DNA from: Eledone cirrhosa
Lineage: Eukaryota
Reading direction: 5' to 3'
Assembly: GCA_964016885.1 (NCBI GenBank)
Contig: OZ024741.1
Location: 289,788,001-289,852,000, forward strand
DNA: 64,000 nt
Shown here: positions 15,001 to 30,000 of the stretch, piece by piece
Layout of the letters: the number at the start of each line of letters is the position of its first letter
Position numbering within the stretch: position 1 is the stretch's first letter
Translations under genes and position numbers: made by a program
Notes under the pieces: model-generated
The model's input: the letters and a program-made list of their open reading frames with translations, nothing else
Told to the model about the DNA's origin: nothing
Databases searched by the model: none

Positions 15001-18000
15001 TCACTAGTGTCGTTATTGTTGTCACTAGTGTTGTTATTGTTGTTACTAGTGTTGTTATTGTTGTTACTAGTGTTGTTATTGTTGTTAATAGTGTTGTTAT
15101 TGTTGTCACTAGTGTTGTTATTGTTGTCACTAGTGTTGTTATTGTTGTTGCTAGTGTTGTTATTGTTGTTGCTAGTGTTGTTATTGTTGCTCTTAGTGTT
15201 GTTATTGTTGTTACTAGTGTTGTTATTGGTGTCACTGGTGTTGTTATTGTTGTCACTAGTGTTGTTATTGTTGTTACTAGTGTTGTTATTGTTGTTACTA
15301 GTTTTGTTATTGTTGTTACTAGTGTTGTTATTGTTGTCACTAGTGTTTTTATTGTTGTTACTAGTGTTTTTTATTGTTGTTACTAGTGTTGTTATTGTTG
15401 TCACTAGTGTCGTTATTGTTGTCACTAGTGTTGTTATTGTTGTTACTAGTGTTGTTATTGTTGTTACTAGTGTTGTTATTGTTGTTACTAGTGTTGTCAT
15501 TGTTGTCACTAGTGTTGTTATTGTTGTTACTAGTGTTGTTATTGTTGTCACTATGTTGTTATTGTTGTTACTAGTGTTGTTATTGTTGTCACTAGTGTTG
15601 TTATTGTTGTCACTAGTGTTGTTATTGTTGTTACTAGTGTTGTTATTGTTGTTACTAGTGTTGTTATTGTTGTCACTAGTGTTGTTATTGTTGTTACTAG
15701 TGTTGTTATTGTTATTACTAGTGTTGTTATTGTTGTTACTAGTGTTGTTATTGTTGTCATTAGTGTTGTTATTGTTTTACTAGTGTTGTTATTTTTGTTA
15801 CTAGTGTTGTTATTGTTGTCACTAGTGTTGTTATTGTTGTTACTAGTGTTGTTATTGTTGTTATTAGTGTTGTTATTGTTGTTACTAGTGTTGTTATTGT
15901 TGTTATTAGTGTTGTTATTGTTGTTACTAGTGTTGTTGTTGTTGTTGCTAGTGTTGTTATTGTTGGTACTAGTGTTGTTATTGTTGTCACTAGTGTTGTT
16001 ATTGTTGTTACTAGTGTTGTTATTGTTGTTACTAGTGTTGTTATTGTTGTCACTAGTGTTGTTATTGTTGTTACTAGTGTTGTTATTGTTGTTATTAGTG
16101 TTGTTATTGTTGTTACTAGTGTTGTTATTGTTGTTGCTAGTGTTGTTATTGTTGGTACTAGTGTTGTTATTGTTGTTACTAGTGTTGTTATTGTTGTCAC
16201 TAGTGTTGTTATTGTTGTTACTAGTGTTGTTATTGTTGTCACTAGTGTTGTTATTGTTGTTACTAGTGTTGTTATTGTTGTTACTAGTGTTGTTATTGTT
16301 GTCACTAGTGTTGTTATTGTTGTTACTAGTGTTGTTATTGTTGTTATTAGTGTTGTTATTGTTGTTACTAGTGTTGTTATTGTTGTTGCTAGTGCTGTTA
16401 TTGTTGGTACTAGTGTTGTTATTGTTGTTACTAGTGTTGTTATTGTTGTTGGTAGTGTTGTTATTGTTGGTACTAGTGTTGTTATTGTTGTTGTTAGTGT
16501 TGTTATTGTTGTTACTAGTGTTGTTATTGTTGTTACTAGTGTTGTTATTGTTGTCACTGGTGTTGTTATTGTTGTTGCTAGTGTTATTATTGTTGTTGCT
16601 AGTGTTGTTATTGGTGTTACTAGTGTTGTTATTGTTGTTACAAGTGTTGTTATTGTTGTTACTTGTGTTGTTATTATTGTTGCTGGTCTTGTTATTGTTG
16701 TTGCTAGTCTTGTTATTGTTGTTACTAGTGTTGTTATTGTTGTTACAAGTGTTGTTATTGTTGTTACTAGTGTTGTTATTGTTGTTGCTAGTCTTGTTAT
16801 TGTTGGTACTAGTGTTGTTATTGTTGTTGCTAGTGTTGTTATTGGTGTTACTAGTGTTGTTATTGTTGTCACTAGTGTTGTTATTGTGTTGCTAGTGTTG
16901 TTAGTGTTGTTATTCTTGTTACTAGTGTTGTTATTGTTGTTACTAGTGTTGTTATTGGTGTCACTGGTGTTGTTATTGTCGTCACTAGTGTTGTTATTGT
17001 TGTTACTAGTGTTCTTATTGTTGTTACTAGTTTTGTTATTGTTGTTACTAGTGTTGTTATTGTTGTTGTTAGTGTTGTTACTAGTGTTGTTAATGTTGTT
17101 ACTAGTGTTGTTATTGTTGTTGTTAGTGTTGTTATTGTTGTTACTAGTGTTGTTATTGTTGTTACTAGTGTTGTTATTGTTGTTGTTAGTGCTGTTATTG
17201 TTGTTACTAGTGTTGTTATTGTTGTCACTATTGTTGTTATTGTTGTCACTAGTGTTCTTATTGTTGTTACTAGTGTTGTTAGTGTTGTTATTCTTGTTAC
17301 TAGTGTTGTTATTGTTGTTACTAGTGTTGTTATTGGTGTCACTGGTGTTGTTATTGTTGTCACTTGTGTTGTTATTGTTGTTACTAGTGTTGTTATTGTT
17401 GTTACTAGTTTTGTTATTGTTGTTACTAGTGTTGTTATTGTTGTTGTTAGTGTTGTTACTAGTGTTGTTAATGTTGTTACTAGTGTTGTTATTGTTGTTG
17501 TTAGTGTTGTTATTGTTGTTACTAGTGTTGTTGTTGTTGTTACTAGTGTTGTTATTGTTGTTGTTATTGTTGTTACTAGTGTTGTTATTGTTGTCACTAG
17601 TTTTGTTATTGTTGTTACTAGTGTTGTTATTGTTGTCACTAGTGTTGTTATTGTTGTCACTAGTGTTGTTATTGTTGTTACTAGTGTTGTTATTGTTGTT
17701 ACTAGTGTTGTTATTGTTGTCACTGGTGTTGTTATTGTTGTTACTAGTTTTGTTATTGTTGTCACTGGTGTTGTTATTGGTGTTGCTAGTGTTGTTATTG
17801 TTGTTACTAGTGTTGTTATTGTTGTAACTGGTGTTGTTATTGTTGTAACTGGTGTTGTTATTGGTGTTGCTAGTGTTGTTATTGTTGTTACTAGTGTTGT
17901 TATTGTTGTTGTTAGTGTTGTTATTGTTGTCACTAGTGTTGTTATTGTTGTTGCTAATGTTGTTATTGTTGTTGTTAGTGTTGTTATTGTTGTTACTAGT

Positions 18001-21000
18001 GTTGTTATTGGTGTTACTGGTGTTGTTATTGTTGTTACTAGTGTTGTTATTGTTGTTACTAGTATTGTTATTGTTGTTACTAGTGTTGTTATTGTTGTTG
18101 TTAGTGTTGTTATTGTTGTTACTAGTGTTGTTATTGTTGTTGCTAATGTTGTTATTGTTGTTGTTAGTGTTGTTATTGTTGTTACTAGTGTTGTTATTGT
18201 TGTTACTAATGTTGTTATTGTTGTTACTAGTGTTGTTATTGTTGGTACTAGTGTTGTTATTGTTGTTGCTAGTGTTGTTATTGTTGTTACTAGTGTTGTT
18301 ATTGTTGTCACTAGTGTTGTTATTGTTGTTGCTAGTGTTGTTATTGTTGTTGCTAGTGTTGTTATTGTTGCTGTTAGTGTTGTTATTGTTGTCACTAGTG
18401 TTGTTATTGTTGTCACTAGTGTTGTTATTGTTGTTGCTTGTATTGTTATTGTTGGTACTAGTGTTGTTATTGTTGTTACTAATGTTGTTATTGTTGTTAC
18501 TAGTGTTGTTATTGTTGGTACTAGTGTTGTTATTGTTGTTGCTAGTGTTGTTATTGTTGTCACTAGTGTTGTTATTGTTGTTGCTTGTATTGTTATTGTT
18601 GGTACTAGTGTTGTTATTGTTGTTACTAATGTTGTTATTGTTGTTACTAGTGTTGTTATTGTTGGTACTAGTGTTGTTATTGTTGTTGCTAGTGTTGTTA
18701 TTGTTGTCACTAGTGTTGTTATTGTTGTTACTAGTGTTGTTATTGTTATCACTAGTGTTGTTATTGTTGTTGCTAGTGTTGTTATTGTTGTTGCTAGTGT
18801 TGTTATTGTTGTCACTAGTGTCGTTATTGTTGTCACTAGTGTTGTTATTGTTGTTACTAGTGTTGTTATTGTTGTTACTAGTGTTGTTATTGTTGTTACT
18901 AGTGTTGTTATTGTTGTCACTAGTGTTGTTATTGTTGTCACTAGTGTTGTTATTGTTGTTGCTAGTGTTGTTATTGTTGTTGCTAGTGTTGTTATTGTTG
19001 CTGTTAGTGTTGTTATTGTTGTTACTAGTGTTGTTATTGGTGTCACTGGTGTTGTTATTGTTGTCACTAGTGTTGTTATTGTTGTTACTAGTGTTGTTAT
19101 TGTTGTTACTAGTTTTGTTATTGTTGTTACTAGTGTTGTTATTGTTGTCACTAGTGTTTTTATTGTTGTTACTAGTGTTTTTTATTGTTGTTACTAGTGT
19201 TGTTATTGTTGTCACTAGTGTCGTTATTGTTGTCACTAGTGTTGTTATTGTTGTTACTAGTGTTGTTATTGTTGTTACTAGTGTTGTTATTGTTGTTACT
19301 AGTGTTGTCATTGTTGTCACTAGTGTTGTTATTGTTGTTACTAGTGTTGTTATTGTTGTCACTAGTGTTGTTATTGTTGTTACTAGTGTTGTTATTGTTG
19401 TCACTAGTGTTGTTATTGTTGTCACTAGTGTTGTTATTGTTGTTACTAGTGTTGTTATTGTTGTTACTAGTGTTGTTATTGTTGTTGCTAGTGTTGTTAT
19501 TGTTGTTACTAGTGTTGTTATTGTTATTACTAGTGTTGTTATTGTTGTTACTAGTGTTGTTATTGTTGTCACTAGTGTTGTTATTGTTGTTACTAGTGTT
19601 GTTATTGTTGTTACTAGTGTTGTTATTGTTGTTGCTAGTGTTGTTATTGTTGTTACTAGTGTTGTTATTGTTATTACTAGTGTTGTTATTGTTGTTACTA
19701 GTGTTGTTATTGTTGTCACTAGTGTTGTTATTGTTGTTATTAGTGTTGTTATTGTTGTTACTAGTTTTGTTATTGTTGTTATTAGTGTTGTTATTGTTGT
19801 TACTAATGTTGTTATTGTTGTTACTAGTGTTGTTATTGTTGGTACTAGTGTTGTTATTGTTGTTGCTAGTGTTGTTATTGTTGTCACTAGTGTTGTTATT
19901 GTTGTTGCTTGTATTGTTATTGTTGGTACTAGTGTTGTTATTGTTGTTACTAATGTTGTTATTGTTGTTACTAGTGTTGTTATTGTTGGTACTAGTGTTG
20001 TTATTGTTGTTGCTAGTGTTGTTATTGTTGTCACTAGTGTTGTTATTGTTGTTACTAGTGTTGTTATTGTTATCACTAGTGTTGTTATTGTTGTTGCTAG
20101 TGTTGTTATTGTTGTTGCTAGTGTTGTTATTGTTGTCACTAGTGTTGTTATTGTTGTCACTAGTGTCGTTATTGTTGTCACTAGTGTTGTTATTGTTGTT
20201 ACTAGTGTTGTTATTGTTGTTACTAGTGTTGTTATTGTTGTTACTAGTGTTGTTATTGTTGTCACTAGTGTTGTTATTGTTGTCACTAGTGTTGTTATTG
20301 TTGTTGCTAGTGTTGTTATTGTTGTTGCTAGTGTTGTTATTGTTGCTGTTAGTGTTGTTATTGTTGTTACTAGTGTTGTTATTGGTGTCACTGGTGTTGT
20401 TATTGTTGTCACTAGTGTTGTTATTGTTGTTACTAGTGTTGTTATTGTTGTTACTAGTTTTGTTATTGTTGTTACTAGTGTTGTTATTGTTGTCACTAGT
20501 GTTTTTATTGTTGTTACTAGTGTTTTTTATTGTTGTTACTAGTGTTGTTATTGTTGTCACTAGTGTCGTTATTGTTGTCACTAGTGTTGTTATTGTTGTT
20601 ACTAGTGTTGTTATTGTTGTTACTAGTGTTGTTATTGTTGTTACTAGTGTTGTCATTGTTGTCACTAGTGTTGTTATTGTTGTTACTAGTGTTGTTATTG
20701 TTGTCACTAGTGTTGTTATTGTTGTTACTAGTGTTGTTATTGTTGTCACTAGTGTTGTTATTGTTGTCACTAGTGTTGTTATTGTTGTTACTAGTGTTGT
20801 TATTGTTGTTACTAGTGTTGTTATTGTTGTTGCTAGTGTTGTTATTGTTGTTACTAGTGTTGTTGTTGTTATTACTTGTGTTGTTATTGTTGTTACTAGT
20901 GTTGTTATTGTTGTCACTAGTGTTGTTATTGTTGTTACTAGTGTTGTTATTGTTGTTACTAGTGTTGTTATTGTTGTTGCTAGTGTTGTTATTGTTGTTA

Positions 21001-24000
21001 CTAGTGTTGTTATTGTTATTACTAGTGTTGTTATTGTTGTTACTAGTGTTGTTATTGTTGTCACTAGTGTTGTTATTGTTGTTACTAGTGTTGTTATTGT
21101 TGTTATTAGTGTTGTTATTGTTGTTACTAGTGTTGTTATTGTTGTTATTAGTGTTGTTATTGTTGTTACTAGTGTTGTTATTGTTGTTGCTAGTGTTGTT
21201 ATTGTTGGTACTAGTGTTGTTATTGTTGTCACTAGTGTTGTTATTGTTGTTACTAGTGTTGTTATTGTTGTTACTAGTGTTGTTATTGTTGTCACTAGTG
21301 TTGTTATTGTTGTTACTAGTGTTGTTATTGTTGTTATTAGTGTTGTTATTGTTGTTACTAGTGTTGTTATTGTTGTTGCTAGTGTTGTTATTGTTGTTGC
21401 TAGTGTTGTTATTGTTGTTACTAGTGTTGTTATTGTTGTCACTAGTGTTGTTATTGTTGTTACTAGTGTTGTTATTGTTGTCACTAGTGTTGTTATTGTT
21501 GTTACTAGTGTTGTTATTGTTGTTACTAGTGTTGTTATTGTTGTCACTAGTGTTGTTATTGTTGTTACTAGTGTTGTTATTGTTGTTATTAGTGTTGTTA
21601 TTGTTGTTACTAGTGTTGTTATTGTTGTTGCTAGTGTTGTTATTGTTGGTACTAGTGTTGTTATTGTTGTTGTTAGTGTTGTTATTGTTGTTACTAGTGT
21701 TGTTATTGTTGTTACTAGTGTTGTTATTGTTGTCACTGGTGTTGTTATTGTTGTTGCTAGTGTTATTATTGTTGTTGCTAGTGTTGTTATTGGTGTTACT
21801 AGTGTTGTTATTGTTGTTACAAGTGTTGTTATTGTTGTTACTTGTGTTGTTATTATTGTTGCTGGTCTTGTTATTGTTGTTGCTAGTCTTGTTATTGTTG
21901 TTACTAGTGTTGTTATTGTTGTTACAAGTGTTGTTATTGTTGTTACTAGTGTTGTTATTGTTGTTGCTAGTCTTGTTATTGTTGGTACTAGTGTTGTTAT
22001 TGTTGTTGCTAGTGTTGTTATTGGTGTTACTAGTGTTGTTATTGTTGTCACTAGTGTTGTTATTGTGTTGCTAGTGTTGTTAGTGTTGTTATTCTTGTTA
22101 CTAGTGTTGTTATTGTTGTTACTAGTGTTGTTATTGGTGTCACTGGTGTTGTTATTGTCGTCACTAGTGTTGTTATTGTTGTTACTAGTGTTGTTATTGT
22201 TGTTACTAGTTTTGTTATTGTTGTTACTAGTGTTGTTATTGTTGTTGTTAGTGTTGTTACTAGTGTTGTTATTGTTGTTACTAGTGTTGTTATTGTTGTT
22301 GTTAGTGTTGTTATTGTTGTTACTAGTGTTGTTATTGTTGTCACTATTGTTGTTATTGTTGTCACTAGTGTTCTTATTGTTGTTACTAGTGTTGTTAGTG
22401 TTGTTATTCTTGTTACTAGTGTTGTTATTGTTGTTACTAGTGTTGTTATTGGTGTCATTGGTGTTGTTATTGTTGTCACTAGTGTTGTTATTGTTGTTAC
22501 TAGTGTTGTTATTGTTGTTACTAGTTTTGTTATTGTTGTTACTAGTGTTGTTATTGTTGTTGTTAGTGTTGTTACTAGTGTTGTTAATGTTGTTACTAGT
22601 GTTGTTATTGTTGTTGTTAGTGTTGTTATTGTTGTTACTAGTGTTGTTATTGTTGTTACTAGTGTTGTTATTGTTGTTGTTAGTGTTGTTACTAGTGTTG
22701 TTATTGTTGTTACTGGTGTTGTTATTGTTGTTACTAGTGTTGTTATTGTTGTTACTAGTGTTGTTATGGTTGGCACTAGTGTTGTTATTGTTGGCACTAG
22801 TGTTGTTATTGTTGTCACTAGTGTTGTTATCGTTGTTACTATTGTTGTTACTGTTCTTGCTAGTGTTGTTATTGTTGTTACTAGTGTTGTTATTGTTGTT
22901 ACTAGTGTTGTTATTGTTGTTACTAGTGTTGTTATTGTTGGCACTAGTGTTGTTATTGTTGTTACTAGTGTTGTTATTGTTGTTACTAGTGTTGATATTG
23001 TTGTTACTAGTGTTGTTATTGTTGGCACTAGTGTTGTTATTGTTGTTACTAGTGTTGTTATTGTTGTTACTAGTGTTGTTATTGTTGTCACTAGTGTTGT
23101 TATTGTTGTTACTAGTGTTGTTATTGTTGTCACTAGTGTTGTTATTGTTGTCACTAGTGTTGTTATTGTTGTTACTTGTGTTGTTATTGTTGTTACTAGT
23201 GTTGTTATTGTTGTTACTGGTGTTGTTATTGTTGTTACCAGTGTTGTTATTGGTGTTGTTATTGTTGTTACTAGTGTTGTTATTGTTGTCACTGGTGTTG
23301 TTATTGGTGTTGCTAGTGTTGTTATTGTTGTCACTGGTGTTGTTATTGGTGTTGCTAGTGTTGTTATTGTTGTCACTAGTGTTGTTATTGGTGTTGCTAG
23401 TGTTGTTATTGTTGTCACTGGTGTTGTTATTGTTGTTACTAGTTTTGTTATTGTTGTCATTGGTGTTGTTATTGGTGTTGCTAGTGTTGTTATTGTTGTT
23501 ACTAGTGTTGTTATTGTTGTAACTGGTGTTGTTATAGTTGTAACTGGTGTTGTTATTGGTGTTGCTAGTGTTGTTATTGTTGTTACTAGTGTTGTTATTG
23601 TTGTTGTTAGTGTTGTTATTGTTGTCACTAGTGTTGTTATTGTTGTTGCTAATGTTGTTATTGTTGTTGTTAGTGTTGTTATTGTTGTTACTAGTGTTGT
23701 TATTGGTGTTACTGGTGTTGTTATTGTTGTTACTAGTGTTGTTATTGTTGTTACTAGTGTTGTTATTGTTGTTACTAGTGTTGTTATTGTTGTTGTTAGT
23801 GTTGTTATTGTTGTTACTAGTGTTGTTATTGTTGTTGCTAATGTTGTTATTGTTGTTGTTAGTGTTGTTATTGTTGTTACTAGTGTTGTTATTGTTGTTA
23901 CTAATGTTGTTATTGTTGTTACTAGTGTTGTTATTGTTGGTACTAGTGTTGTTATTGTTGTTGCTAGTGTTGTTATTGTTGTTACTAGTGTTGTTATTGT

Positions 24001-27000
24001 TGTCACTAGTGTTGTTATTGTTGTCACTAGTGTTGTTATTGTTGTTGCAAGTGTTGTTATTGTTGTTGCTAGTGTTGTTATTGTTGCTGTTAGTGTTGTT
24101 ATTGTTGTCACTATTGTTGTTATTGTTGTCACTAGTGTTGTTATTGTTGTTGCTTGTATTGTTATTGTTCTTGCTAGTGTTGTTATTGTTGTTACTAGTG
24201 TTGTTATTGTTGTCACTAGTGTTGTTATTGTTGTTGCTAGTGTTGTTATTGTTGTTGCTAGTGTTGTTATTGTTGTCACTAGTGTTGTTATTGTTGTCAC
24301 TAGTGTCGTTATTGTTGTCACTAGTGTTGTTATTGTTGTTACTAGTGTTGTTATTGTTGTTACTATTGTTGTTATTGTTGTTACTAGTGTTGTTATTGTT
24401 GTCACTAGTGTTGTTATTGTTGTTACTAGTGTTGTTATTGTTGTCACTAGTGTTGTTATTGTTGTTACTAGTGTTGTTATTGTTGTCACTAGTGTTGTTA
24501 TTGTTGTTACTAGTGTTGTTATTGTTGTTACTAGTGTTGTTATTGTTGTCACTAGTGTTGTTATTGTTGTTACTAATGTTGTTATTGTTGTTATTAGTGT
24601 TGTTATTGTTGTCACTAGTGTTGTTATTGTTGTTACTAGTGTTGTTATTGTTGTTACTAGTGTTTTTTATTGTTGTTACTAGTGTTGTTATTGTTGTCAC
24701 TAGTGTCGTTATTGTTGTCACTAGTGTTGTTATTGTTGTTACTAGTGTTGTTATTGTTGTTACTAGTGTTGTTATTGTTGTTACTAGTGTTGTCATTGTT
24801 GTCACTAGTGTTGTTATTGTTGTTACTAGTGTTGTTATTGTTGTCACTAGTGTTGTTATTGTTGTTACTAGTGTTGTTATTGTTGTCAATAGTGTTGTTA
24901 TTGTTGTCACTAGTGTTGTTATTGTTGGTACTAGTGTTGTTATTGTTGTTACTAGTGTTGTTATTGTTGTCACTAGTGTTGTTATTGTTGTTACTAGTGT
25001 TGTTATTGTTGTCACTAGTGTTGTTATTGTTGTTACTAGTGTTGTTATTGGTGTCACTGGTGTTGTTATTGTTGTCACTAGTGTTGTTATTGTTGTTACT
25101 AGTGTTGTTATTGTTGTTACTAGTTTTGTTATTGTTGTTACTAGTGTTGTTATTGTTGTCACTAGTGTTTTTATTGTTGTTACTAGTGTTTTTTATTGTT
25201 GTTACTAGTGTTGTTATTGTTGTCACTAGTGTCGTTATTGTTGTCACTAGTGTTGTTATTGTTGTTACTAGTGTTGTTATTGTTGTTACTAGTGTTGTTA
25301 TTGTTGTTACTAGTGTTGTCATTGTTGTCACTAGTGTTGTTATTGTTGTTACTAGTGTTGTTATTGTTGTCACTAGTGTTGTTATTGTTGTTACTAGTGT
25401 TGTTATTGTTGTCACTAGTGTTGTTATTGTTGTCACTAGTGTTGTTATTGTTGTTACTAGTGTTGTTATTGTTGTTACTAGTGTTGTTATTGTTGTTGCT
25501 AGTGTTGTTATTGTTGTTACTAGTGTTGTTATTGTTATTACTAGTGTTGTTATTGTTGTTACTAGTGTTGTTATTGTTGTCACTAGTGTTGTTATTGTTG
25601 TTACTAGTGTTGTTATTGTTGTTACTAGTGTTGTTATTGTTGTTGCTAGTGTTGTTATTGTTGTTACTAGTGTTGTTATTGTTATTACTAGTGTTGTTAT
25701 TGTTGTTACTAGTGTTGTTATTGTTGTCACTAGTGTTGTTATTGTTGTTACTAGTGTTGTTATTGTTGTTATTAGTGTTGTTATTGTTGTTACTAGTGTT
25801 GTTATTGTTGTTATTAGTGTTGTTATTGTTGTTACTAGTGTTGTTATTGTTGTTGCTAGTGTTGTTATTGTTGGTACTAGTGTTGTTATTGTTGTCACTA
25901 GTGTTGTTATTGTTGTTACTAGTGTTGTTATTGTTGTTACTAGTGTTGTTATTGTTGTCACTAGTGTTGTTATTGTTGTTACTAGTGTTGTTATTGTTGT
26001 TATTAGTGTTGTTATTGTTGTTACTAGTGTTGTTATTGTTGTTGCTAGTGTTGTTATTGTTGTTGCTAGTGTTGTTATTGTTGTTAATAGTGTTGTTATT
26101 GTTGTCACTAGTGTTGTTATTGTTGTTACTAGTGTTGTTATTGTTGTCACTAGTGTTGTTATTGTTGTTACTAGTGTTGTTATTGTTGTTACTAGTGTTG
26201 TTATTGTTGTCACTAGTGTTGTTATTGTTGTTACTAGTGTTGTTATTGTTGTTATTAGTGTTGTTATTGTTGTTACTAGTGTTGTTATTGTTGTTGCTAG
26301 TGTTGTTATTGTTGGTACTAGTGTTGTTATTGTTGTTGTTAGTGTTGTTATTGTTGTTACTAGTGTTGTTATTGTTGTTACTAGTGTTGTTATTGTTGTC
26401 ACTGGTGTTGTTATTGTTGTTGCTAGTGTTATTATTGTTGTTGCTAGTGTTGTTATTGGTGTTACTAGTGTTGTTATTGTTGTTACAAGTGTTGTTATTG
26501 TTGTTACTTGTGTTGTTATTATTGTTGCTGGTCTTGTTATTGTTGTTGCTAGTCTTGTTATTGTTGTTACTAGTGTTGTTATTGTTGTTACAAGTGTTGT
26601 TATTGTTGTTACTAGTGTTGTTATTGTTGTTGCTAGTCTTGTTATTGTTGGTACTAGTGTTGTTATTGTTGTTGCTAGTGTTGTTATTGGTGTTACTAGT
26701 GTTGTTATTGTTGTCACTAGTGTTGTTATTGTGTTGCTAGTGTTGTTAGTGTTGTTATTCTTGTTACTAGTGTTGTTATTGTTGTTACTAGTGTTGTTAT
26801 TGGTGTCACTGGTGTTGTTATTGTCGTCACTAGTGTTGTTATTGTTGTTACTAGTGTTGTTATTGTTGTTACTAGTTTTGTTATTGTTGTTACTAGTGTT
26901 GTTATTGTTGTTGTTAGTGTTGTTACTAGTGTTGTTATTGTTGTTACTAGTGTTGTTATTGTTGTTGTTAGTGTTGTTATTGTTGTTACTAGTGTTGTTA

Positions 27001-30000
27001 TTGTTGTCACTATTGTTGTTATTGTTGTCACTAGTGTTCTTATTGTTGTTACTAGTGTTGTTAGTGTTGTTATTCTTGTTACTAGTGTTGTTATTGTTGT
27101 TACTAGTGTTGTTATTGGTGTCATTGGTGTTGTTATTGTTGTCACTAGTGTTGTTATTGTTGTTACTAGTGTTGTTATTGTTGTTACTAGTTTTGTTATT
27201 GTTGTTACTAGTGTTGTTATTGTTGTTGTTAGTGTTGTTACTAGTGTTGTTAATGTTGTTACTAGTGTTGTTATTGTTGTTGTTAGTGTTGTTATTGTTG
27301 TTACTAGTGTTGTTATTGTTGTTACTAGTGTTGTTATTGTTGTTGTTAGTGTTGTTACTAGTGTTGTTATTGTTGTTACTGGTGTTGTTATTGTTGTTAC
27401 TAGTGTTGTTATTGTTGTTACTAGTGTTGTTATGGTTGGCACTAGTGTTGTTATTGTTGGCACTAGTGTTGTTATTGTTGTCACTAGTGTTGTTATCGTT
27501 GTTACTATTGTTGTTACTGTTGTTGCTAGTGTTGTTATTGTTGTTACTAGTGTTGTTATTGTTGTTACTAGTGTTGTTATTGTTGTTACTAGTGTTGTTA
27601 TTGTTGGCACTAGTGTTGTTATTGTTGTTACTAGTGTTGTTATTGTTGTTACTAGTGTTGATATTGTTGTTACTAGTGTTGTTATTGTTGTTACTAGTGT
27701 TGTTATTGTTGTTACTAGTGTTGTTATTGTTGTTACTAGTGTTGTTATTGTTGTTACTAGTGTTGTTATTGTTGTCACTAGTGTTGTTATTGTTGTCACT
27801 AGTGTTGTTATTGTTGTTACTTGTGTTGTTATTGTTGTTACTAGTGTTGTTATTGTTGTTACTGGTGTTGTTATTGTTGTTACCAGTGTTGTTATTGGTG
27901 TTGTTATTGTTGTTACTAGTGTTGTTATTGTTGTCACTGGTGTTGTTATTGGTGTTGCTAGTGTTGTTATTGTTGTCACTGGTGTTGTTATTGGTGTTGC
28001 TAGTGTTGTTATTGTTGTCACTAGTGTTGTTATTGGTGTTGCTAGTGTTGTTATTGTTGTCACTGGTGTTGTTATTGTTGTTACTAGTTTTGTTATTGTT
28101 GTCATTGGTGTTGTTATTGGTGTTGCTAGTGTTGTTATTGTTGTTACTAGTGTTGTTATTGTTGTAACTGGTGTTGTTATAGTTGTAACTGGTGTTGTTA
28201 TTGGTGTTGCTAGTGTTGTTATTGTTGTTACTAGTGTTGTTATTGTTGTTGTTAGTGTTGTTATTGTTGTCACTAGTGTTGTTATTGTTGTTGCTAATGT
28301 TGTTATTGTTGTTGTTAGTGTTGTTATTGTTGTTACTAGTGTTGTTATTGGTGTTACTGGTGTTGTTATTGTTGTTACTAGTGTTGTTATTGTTGTTACT
28401 AGTGTTGTTATTGTTGTTACTAGTGTTGTTATTGTTGTTGTTAGTGTTGTTATTGTTGTTACTAGTGTTGTTATTGTTGTTGCTAATGTTGTTATTGTTG
28501 TTGTTAGTGTTGTTATTGTTGTTACTAGTGTTGTTATTGTTGTTACTAATGTTGTTATTGTTGTTACTAGTGTTGTTATTGTTGGTACTAGTGTTGTTAT
28601 TGTTGTTGCTAGTGTTGTTATTGTTGTTACTAGTGTTGTTATTGTTGTCACTAGTGTTGTTATTGTTGTCACTAGTGTTGTTATTGTTGTTGCTAGTGTT
28701 GTTATTGTTGCTGTTAGTGTTGTTATTGTTGTCACTATTGTTGTTATTGTTGTCACTAGTGTTGTTATTGTTGTTGCTTGTATTGTTATTGTTCTTGCTA
28801 GTGTTGTTATTGTTGTTACTAGTGTTGTTATTGTTGTCACTAGTGTTGTTATTGTTGTTGCTAGTGTTGTTATTGTTGTTGCTAGTGTTGTTATTGTTGT
28901 CACTAGTGTTGTTATTGTTGTCACTAGTGTCGTTATTGTTGTCACTAGTGTTGTTATTGTTGTTACTAGTGTTGTTATTGTTGTTACTAGTGTTGTTATT
29001 GTTGTCACTAGTGTTGTTACTGTTGTTACTAGTGTTGTTATTGTTGTCACTAGTGTTGTTATTGTTGTTGCTAGTGTTGTTATTGTTGTTGCTAGTGTTG
29101 TTATTGTTGTCACTAGTGTTGTTATTGTTGTCACTAGTGTCGTTATTGTTGTCACTAGTGTTGTTATTGTTGTTACTAGTGTTGTTATTGTTGTTACTAG
29201 TGTTGTTATTGTTGTCACTAGTGTTGTTATTGTTGTCACTAGTGTTGTTATTGTTGTTGCTAGTGTTGTTATTGTTGTTGCTAGTGTTGTTATTGTTGCT
29301 GTTAGTGTTGTTATTGTTGTTACTAGTTTTGTTATTGTTGTCATTGGTGTTGTTATTGGTGTTGCTAGTGTTGTTATTGTTGTTACTAGTGTTGTTATTG
29401 TTGTAACTGGTGTTGTTATAGTTGTAACTGGTGTTGTTATTGGTGTTGCTAGTGTTCTTATTGTTGTTACTAGTGTTGTTATTGTTGTTGTTAGTGTTGT
29501 TATTGTTGTCACTAGTGTTGTTATTGTTGTTGCTAATGTTGTTATTGTTGTTGTTAGTGTTGTTATTGTTGTTACTAGTGTTGTTATTGGTGTTACTGGT
29601 GTTGTTATTGTTGTTACTAGTGTTGTTATTGTTGTTACTAGTGTTGTTATTGTTGTTACTAGTGTTGTTATTGTTGTTGTTAGTGTTGTTATTGTTGTTA
29701 CTAGTGTTGTTATTGTTGTTGCTAATGTTGTTATTGTTGTTGTTAGTGTTGTTATTGTTGTTACTAGTGTTGTTATTGTTGTTACTAATGTTGTTATTGT
29801 TGTTACTAGTGTTGTTATTGTTGGTACTAGTGTTGTTATTGTTGTTGCTAGTGTTGTTATTGTTGTTACTAGTGTTGTTATTGTTGTCACTAGTGTTGTT
29901 ATTGTTGTCACTAGTGTTGTTATTGTTGTTGCAAGTGTTGTTATTGTTGTTGCTAGTGTTGTTATTGTTGCTGTTAGTGTTGTTATTGTTGTCACTAGTG